A stretch of DNA of 64,000 bases from an uncultured Candidatus Saccharibacteria bacterium. GTDB lineage: Bacteria; Patescibacteriota; Saccharimonadia; Saccharimonadales; Saccharimonadaceae. Position numbers and translations under genes: made by a program. The stretch is from assembly GCA_946409745.1 (NCBI GenBank), contig CAMJXP010000001.1, positions 20,498-84,497 on the forward strand. The letters are read 5' to 3'. Positions 58,358 through 64,000 of this stretch are shown here, piece after piece (the stretch's first letter is position 1; each line of letters opens with the position of its first letter). The notes beneath the pieces were generated by a model. The model did not search any database. It was given only the letters and a program-made list of their open reading frames with translations, and was not told the DNA's origin.

Positions 58358-58720
58358 ATGAAAGAATACGAACTTTCAATCCTATTTCATCCAGATCTCG
58401 AAATGAATCTGGACCCAGTCGTCAATAAGGTGAAGAAACTTATTGAAGACAACGGCGGTAAAATCACCAAAGAGGAAAATGACGGCAAGAAGCGCTTGGC
58501 GTATTCCATCAGCGGTCAGGATTTTGCTGTGTATTACTTCATTGATGTTGAACTCCCAGCTGAAGCTCCAGCTAAGCTTTCGAGTGTCCTCAACATTACC
58601 GATGAAGTTCTCCGTTACCTTCTCGTTCGTGTTGACGAACGCAAAGCAAAATATGCTTCTCGTCGCAAACAGAAGGAAGAGGATTCGACGGAAGAGTCTA
58701 ACGAAAAACAAGGAGAGTAA
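58358..58720 (+). CDS. rpsF: 30S ribosomal protein S6
   Basis: MKEYEL...G.KRLAY.I...VLRYL; AAGGAG SD; rpsF-ssb-rpsR order. Confidence 0.93.
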   Translation: MKEYELSILFHPDLEMNLDPVVNKVKKLIEDNGGKITKEENDGKKRLAYSISGQDFAVYYFIDVELPAEAPAKLSSVLNITDEVLRYLLVRVDERKAKYASRRKQKEEDSTEESNEKQGE

Positions 58721-58723
58721 TTT

Positions 58724-59161
58724 ATGCGCGGATTTTCCAAAGCAATTATCACTGGTAACATCACCCGTGATCCAGAACTTCGTACTACTACCGGTGGTTC
58801 ATCAGTATGTAGCTTTACGGTAGCCGTAAACCGCAATTATCGCGGTACGGACGGCGAACAAAAAGAAGAAGTATCATTTATCGATTGTTCAGCTTGGGGT
58901 AAGTTGGCCGAAACGATTGCCCAATATGGCAAAAAAGGTAATGGCGTCCTAGTATCAGGTCGTTTGAACCAAAGAGCCTGGGAAGATAAAAACGGCAACA
59001 AGCGTTCCAGTGTTGAAATCGTAGTTGAAGACTTCAACTTCGTGGGTGGACGTGATGGTGGTAATACTTCGGGCAGTTCCAGCGCTCCGGCTAGTGCTTC
59101 ACAGGAAGACATTCCAGAAGACATCCCGGAAGAAATTGATCTCAGTGAAGTTCCATTTTAA
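58724..59161 (+). CDS. ssb: Single-stranded DNA-binding protein
   Basis: GNITRDPELR, FTVAVNR, WGKLAE, acidic tail ending VPF. Confidence 0.95.
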   Translation: MRGFSKAIITGNITRDPELRTTTGGSSVCSFTVAVNRNYRGTDGEQKEEVSFIDCSAWGKLAETIAQYGKKGNGVLVSGRLNQRAWEDKNGNKRSSVEIVVEDFNFVGGRDGGNTSGSSSAPASASQEDIPEDIPEEIDLSEVPF

Positions 59162-59188
59162 TAAATTTAAGCGAAGGAAGGATGCAAA

Positions 59189-59386
59189 ATGAAAAAATTC
59201 AAGAATGATCCAAATGTCTATTTCGACTATCGCGATACGAAGACTTTGCAACGCTACATTGATTCCTATGGCCGCATTGAACCAATCTCAAAGACTGGTC
59301 TTTCAGCTAAGCAACAACGCCAACTCGCAGTTGCTATCAAGCGTGCACGTCATCTAGCACTTTTGCCATTTGTATCAAATAATTAA
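59189..59386 (+). CDS. rpsR: 30S ribosomal protein S18 (Cys-free)
   Basis: DYRD...L..YI...GRI....TG..AKQQR.LA.AIKRAR.LALLPF. Confidence 0.93.
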   Translation: MKKFKNDPNVYFDYRDTKTLQRYIDSYGRIEPISKTGLSAKQQRQLAVAIKRARHLALLPFVSNN

Positions 59387-59397
59387 GGAGTCGAAAA

Positions 59398-59955
59398 ATG
59401 TACGGACCAACAGATCTAAAGAAGAATACTCTGATTACTTTAGACGGCCAGCCGTATAAGGTGGTAGAGTACTCCCAAAAAGTAATGGGTAGAGGCGGTT
59501 CTATCGTCAACGTGAAAGTAAAAAATCTCGTGACGGGTGCTCTTCTCCCAAAGACTTTTAAAGGCCAAGAAAAAATTGAACCGGCTGAAGTTACTACCCG
59601 CAAGGTGCAGTATCTTTACCGCGATGATGAAAAATTCTATTTCATGGACCCAGAGTCTTTCGAACAATATGAACTTTCTGCTGACATGGTTGGCGACATG
59701 AAAGATTTCATGAAAGATGGTGATGAAATGGAAATTCAGTTCTACAATGGTACACCAATTAACTTGGTATTACCAAAGAACTTGTGGCTTGAAGTCACTT
59801 ATACAGAAACAGCCGTAAAGGGCGATACAACTTCTTCAGTGATGAAGGATGCAACGCTCGAAACTGGCGTGGTAATTAAGGTTCCTGCATTCATTAAGCA
59901 GGGCGAAATCGTCTCGGTGGATACAGACACTTATGAATACCGCGGCCGTAAATAG
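59398..59955 (+). CDS. efp: Elongation factor P
   Basis: QYLY.D, FMDPESFEQ, VKGDT, ATLETG..I.VP.FI..GE...VDT. Confidence 0.93.
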   Translation: MYGPTDLKKNTLITLDGQPYKVVEYSQKVMGRGGSIVNVKVKNLVTGALLPKTFKGQEKIEPAEVTTRKVQYLYRDDEKFYFMDPESFEQYELSADMVGDMKDFMKDGDEMEIQFYNGTPINLVLPKNLWLEVTYTETAVKGDTTSSVMKDATLETGVVIKVPAFIKQGEIVSVDTDTYEYRGRK

Positions 59956-60502
59956 AGGCTATCAAAAAATTGAAGGCGCAGTCAAGGCCTTCAATTTTGA
60001 TTTTAAAGACAAGGTGGTGCTTGATATTGGCTCGTCCACGGGCGGGTTTACGGAACTCGCATTAAATAAAGGTGCTAGGAAAGTAATCGCCGTGGAAAAA
60101 GGCACGAACCAAATGAAAGCGCCACTGCGTTTCGATGAAAGAATTGATCTACACGAAAAAACAAATGTGTTTGATTTTCGACTAGCTGAAGACGAGAAGC
60201 CAGATGTGATTGTAGCGGATGTTTCGTTCGTTTCGCTTACGAAAATTTTGAAATATGCGAAGATTCATTTGTCAAAACCAAGTACGAGATTTCTCGTGAT
60301 GCTAAAACCACAATTTGAAGCGACACCAGGACAATTAAATCGAGGAGTTGTCAAGAATGAGGCCATTCGAAGGCAGATAGTTCGGGACTTTGAATATTAT
60401 CTGAAGTCAAATGGCTTTATTGTGATGAATAAGAGGGATAATGAACTGAAGGGCCGGACTGGCAATTTAGAACGTTTTTATGATTTAATTCTTGCAAAAT
60501 AA
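59933..60502 (+). CDS. tlyA: TlyA-family RNA methyltransferase lacking the S4 domain
   Basis: NRG..K, LDIGSSTGGFT, GTNQ, DVSFVSL, LKPQFE, G..GN.E. Confidence 0.8.
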   Translation: MNTAAVNRGYQKIEGAVKAFNFDFKDKVVLDIGSSTGGFTELALNKGARKVIAVEKGTNQMKAPLRFDERIDLHEKTNVFDFRLAEDEKPDVIVADVSFVSLTKILKYAKIHLSKPSTRFLVMLKPQFEATPGQLNRGVVKNEAIRRQIVRDFEYYLKSNGFIVMNKRDNELKGRTGNLERFYDLILAK

Positions 60503-60526
60503 AACGTTTAAGCATATAATTGCTTT

Positions 60527-61573
60527 ATGAACTTGTTACATGGCGTGGGCGATTTCTTCTCCCTAGATATTGGGACTAATTCGATGCGTATCGTGCAGCT
60601 TTCTGGTAATAGCCAACATGGTTGGCAGCTTATTAGGTATGCTTATGTTCCAGTGGATCAGAAGATTTTGAATGACAGCTCAGAGCTTGGCCGAAAGAGA
60701 CTCGGCGAGGCAATTATGGGTGCTGTCAATCAGGCAGGCATCAAGACGAAAAATATTGCAATTGGTCTGCCGGCTGGTAAGACTTTTACTTCGATTGTCG
60801 AAACTGATACGATGCCAGAAAAAGAGCTCCAGAAAGCCTTTAAATATGAGATTGATAAATACGTTCCAATGGCCATGAGTGATGCAAAGGCCGATTATGT
60901 GATTCTTGGTCCAAGTCCAAATGATCCAGCCAAGACGGAAGTTCTAGTTTCTTCAATTGCGAAGGAATATGCTGAATCGACGATGGAAACGATTGAGAAG
61001 ACTGGTCTTAACATTATTGCGATGGAGCCAGAACCGCTCGCGATGGCGAGAGCTTTGTCAATTCCAGGCGCAATGGATGCCACGATGATTGTGGATCTTG
61101 GTGAAAAGTCAACCGACCTTGTGATTGTTTATCGCAACCAACCACGCTTGGTGCGTACAATTCCAGGCGGTTTCTCGAATTTCGTGAAGACGTTAGCTGG
61201 TGGTCTTGATGTTCGCGAAGACCAGGCACGTCAGTTCATTTTGAAGTTTGGTTTAGCCGAAGATAAGGTGGAAGGTCAAGTGTTTAAGACGCTTAGCCAC
61301 ATTCTTGAAGGTTATGCATCCGAACTTACGAAGTCCGTGCGTTTCTTCCAGACGAAATATCTCAATGGTAAGGTCGGCGGTATCGTACTGTCTGGTTATG
61401 CCAGTAGAATTCCATTATTCCCAGAATACATTGAGGCAAGAACCAATGTTCCGACGATGAAAGGTGATCCATGGCAGATGGTACGTACGTTGCCGGATCA
61501 GAAGCAGGCACTGATGCCAGTGGCGAGCGAATTCGCTGTGGTGATTGGTTTGTCGGAAAGGAGTAACGACTAA
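60527..61573 (+). CDS. pilM: Type IV pilus assembly protein PilM
   Basis: LDIGT, actin-like fold, VDLG, LSG, AVVIGL. Confidence 0.88.
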   Translation: MNLLHGVGDFFSLDIGTNSMRIVQLSGNSQHGWQLIRYAYVPVDQKILNDSSELGRKRLGEAIMGAVNQAGIKTKNIAIGLPAGKTFTSIVETDTMPEKELQKAFKYEIDKYVPMAMSDAKADYVILGPSPNDPAKTEVLVSSIAKEYAESTMETIEKTGLNIIAMEPEPLAMARALSIPGAMDATMIVDLGEKSTDLVIVYRNQPRLVRTIPGGFSNFVKTLAGGLDVREDQARQFILKFGLAEDKVEGQVFKTLSHILEGYASELTKSVRFFQTKYLNGKVGGIVLSGYASRIPLFPEYIEARTNVPTMKGDPWQMVRTLPDQKQALMPVASEFAVVIGLSERSND

Positions 61574-62817
61574 TGGCTCGTGAAATAAACCTCGTTCCGG
61601 ATATTAAGGAGGAGATGATTAAAGCTCTGAAGCTTAGAAACTTCATCTTCTTTGTATGTATCATTGTAGCATCAGCGAGCGTTGGTGTGATTTTGCTCTT
61701 TGCAACGATTGCTGGTGGTCAACAAGCGATTGCCGATGGTAATAAAGCCAAGATTGAAACGATGTCAAAGAAACTCAAATCTTATGGCGACTTAAGTGAC
61801 TTCTTGACGATTCGTGACCAGCTTGGTAATTTGTCGACGATTTCAAGAAACAAGAAATTGCTTTCTCGCTCATTTGGCATTTTGTCAGCACTGCTTCCAA
61901 AAGGTAATGATAAAATTACAATTTCAGAATTAAATATCGATCTTTCTGGTACGCAGCCAACGATTACATTCGATGCGCAGGCGAATGCTTACGATCCTCC
62001 GTACATCGATTACAACGTACTCGATTCGTTTAAGAAGAGTATGCAATACATGCGTTATGATTACGGCAATTATGTCGATAAGGAAGGCAATGTCATTCCA
62101 GCTTATTGTATGATTGAATCTGGTAGCGACGGAGCAACCTTTACGGATGCCGAAAAAGGTAACTATGCTTACTGGTTGATTGCAGGTGAAGGATGTAATC
62201 CTGCCTACACGCCACTCGAAACGACGGTGACTGAAAGCGAAGATGAAGAAAATGAAGATACCAGAACCGAAGCCGAGATTAAGGAAGAAGATGAAAAGCG
62301 CCGTACGGCAGGTTATGTTACGGAAATCTATGATGACCAGACTGTCGTAAAGATTTGGCGTACGCCACAATTCTCCGAATGGTACAAGGCCGAACAAGTT
62401 GAAGGTGAGCCATATATGAACCTAAGTGGTGTCATTGCTGGTGTACCTCACTTCGAAAGCGAATGTATTAGATATTCTGGCGTTGAAAACGAAAACACGG
62501 GTGCTGTGACTTGGTCTAGCACAAACGAGAGTTGTTATCTCGTTCCAGATGGTTCGGATGGTATTAAGATTACCGACTCGTCCAATGGTCGTGACTCATC
62601 GGATGACTTGGTGCTTCGCTTCTCCGCCACGATTACTTTGACACCAGATGTTTATAGGTTTAACAACCATCACGTACTTTCACTTGGTCCATCCGGTCGT
62701 TACAATGTGACGGATTCCTACGTTCAGATTCAAGATATGTTCGCACAGAAAGCAGCCGACTGTGATCCAACTGATAAGAGCTGTATTGAGAATACCAAGA
62801 ATCGAGGAGGTGATTAG
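61573..62817 (+). CDS. PilN-like protein with large Cys-containing insertion
   Basis: EINLVP PilN N-terminal motif, TM, coiled coil; coupled to pilM. Confidence 0.7.
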   Translation: MAREINLVPDIKEEMIKALKLRNFIFFVCIIVASASVGVILLFATIAGGQQAIADGNKAKIETMSKKLKSYGDLSDFLTIRDQLGNLSTISRNKKLLSRSFGILSALLPKGNDKITISELNIDLSGTQPTITFDAQANAYDPPYIDYNVLDSFKKSMQYMRYDYGNYVDKEGNVIPAYCMIESGSDGATFTDAEKGNYAYWLIAGEGCNPAYTPLETTVTESEDEENEDTRTEAEIKEEDEKRRTAGYVTEIYDDQTVVKIWRTPQFSEWYKAEQVEGEPYMNLSGVIAGVPHFESECIRYSGVENENTGAVTWSSTNESCYLVPDGSDGIKITDSSNGRDSSDDLVLRFSATITLTPDVYRFNNHHVLSLGPSGRYNVTDSYVQIQDMFAQKAADCDPTDKSCIENTKNRGGD

Positions 62818-62819
62818 AA

Positions 62820-63731
62820 ATGGCGAAAGAAGTAGCAATTGAAAAACGTGCAAAAATCTCGCAGGCTCAGCAATATGTGCTTCTAGCGGTACTTGGTGCA
62901 TCAATTTTTCTTGGTGTAGCAATTGCGTTGATTTTCTTCTTTGTCAAACAAATCTCATTCAATTCAAATGTGATTGCTGAAGAAGAGAAATCGATTGTGG
63001 CATATTCGGATGCAATCCGTGACATTGGTGTTTGCACAAAACCAAAAGGCGCAGTATATTCGGATGAGGAATTAAAGAATTGTAGTCCTGATTCGATTGA
63101 TGTGGATTCGATTCCAGGAACACTGAGAGCTAATATTATTAATAATTTGGCGGCGAATACGGCACTGAACTCAGTACCGAAAGAGAGTTCATCTGGTTGT
63201 ATTAATCCATACACGGGCAAGAAGTATAGCTATGAAGAACTAGAAAAGAATTATGATAGCGCGTATGAAGAACTAGAAAAGAAACCTGATAATCCAGATG
63301 CTCTCGATGCAGTGGTTAAAGCTAGCGAGCTAATTCAGAGTTGTTCGGCACTCCGTATTATTCCGGATGCAATTCCAGCCTTTAAGAACGAGGAAGCACT
63401 TCTCTCGTCACTTAATAAGATTTTCTTGATTACTGGTATCGAGCCAGAAACGCTCAGCCCAACTGGTGCAGCGGGTGAATCGAACTATGGCAAAGGTTTG
63501 GAATCAATTTCGGTTCGTCTTTCGGTTGAGTCTGAAACGCCAACCACGGTCGGGTTCCTCGAAAATGTTGAGCGTTCGATTCGTGAATTTAATATCGAGC
63601 GTGCAACGATTGAGTGGGCGCAAGGCGGCAAACTAGTGCTCCAGGCTCAAGCCTCAGCATTTTACATGACTCCATCTGAACTAGTTGAAACAACGCAAAC
63701 AATTAGAGCTACGAAGGGAACTAAGAGATGA
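62820..63731 (+). CDS. PilO-like protein
   Basis: N-terminal TM, coiled coil, AIP...FLENVERSIR; position after pilN. Confidence 0.65.
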   Translation: MAKEVAIEKRAKISQAQQYVLLAVLGASIFLGVAIALIFFFVKQISFNSNVIAEEEKSIVAYSDAIRDIGVCTKPKGAVYSDEELKNCSPDSIDVDSIPGTLRANIINNLAANTALNSVPKESSSGCINPYTGKKYSYEELEKNYDSAYEELEKKPDNPDALDAVVKASELIQSCSALRIIPDAIPAFKNEEALLSSLNKIFLITGIEPETLSPTGAAGESNYGKGLESISVRLSVESETPTTVGFLENVERSIREFNIERATIEWAQGGKLVLQAQASAFYMTPSELVETTQTIRATKGTKR

Positions 63732-64000
63732 AACAAGATTTAGCAACATCGATTTTTGCAGCAGTAGTAGGTGCACTGGTAGCATACTTTGTTTGTGGAA
63801 TGTTTCTGCCTAGTTTTGATGAATTAAGCGTTTCGATCACTGAACTCGCTAATGAAGAAAGTTTTACGCTTGCAGAACCAGATGCCGAAATCTTTAACTT
63901 CCGTTCCGTGAACCCAACGGTTGAAGTGTGGGTCGGCGATTGTAAGAACTTGGGCGATAATGGCACTTGTAATGATGAGATTGTAACTGACAATATTAAT
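63728..64000 (+). CDS. Pilus-cluster membrane protein, 3'-partial
   Basis: ATGA overlap with the pilO-like stop; MKQDLATSIFAAVVG TM, IFNFRSVNPTVEV; runs off the window. Confidence 0.6.
   Translation, partial: MKQDLATSIFAAVVGALVAYFVCGMFLPSFDELSVSITELANEESFTLAEPDAEIFNFRSVNPTVEVWVGDCKNLGDNGTCNDEIVTDNIN

Noticed and set aside
1-64000. Alternative genetic code (TGA=Gly or TAG readthrough)
   Set aside because: Conserved genes end cleanly at TGA or TAG (e.g. Res, WcaJ-like, metK, efp) and none is interrupted by in-frame stops.
1-64000. Prophage, integron or IS element
   Set aside because: No integrase, transposase, structural phage gene or recurring attC-like site was recognised.

Overview
A 64 kb chromosomal segment of a small-genome bacterium. 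It uses genetic code 11 (TGA and TAG both act as stops). Its gene content and compaction point to Patescibacteria/CPR, most likely Saccharibacteria: pilM-N-O-like cluster, PilB, pilin, ComEC without an MBL domain, shortened MetK/Pta/TlyA, and many overlapping genes. That placement is inference. The first ~10 kb is a defence-like island: type III restriction Res subunit (5'-partial), GmrSD-like DUF262 nuclease, a NERD-SF1 helicase and a UvrD/helicase IV with an inserted nuclease. It is followed by an orphan promoter-structured RNA-terminator unit. The middle holds surface and envelope genes: a thioester/isopeptide/ester-bond adhesin, an alpha-2-macroglobulin-like protein, glmS, a WcaJ-GT4-O-antigen-ligase cluster, a pta-glmM-GNAT operon, GT39 and three M15 peptidases. 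Also present are dnaK with tandem CIRCE, ruvB, six tRNAs (Met-CAT, Arg-TCG, Arg-CCG, Ser-TGA, atypical Arg-TCT, Gln-TTG), ftsK, a SAM-I riboswitch fused to the metK start, and rpsF-ssb-rpsR-efp-tlyA. Main leads: (1) the orphan ~115 nt pseudoknot-capable RNA; (2) a possible GNA1-type UDP-GlcNAc route; (3) pervasive leaderless -10/ATG architecture; (4) tiny hairpin elements duplicating tRNA 3' ends; (5) an unannotated 34-aa basic protein. All calls come from reading motifs by eye; no database searches were run.
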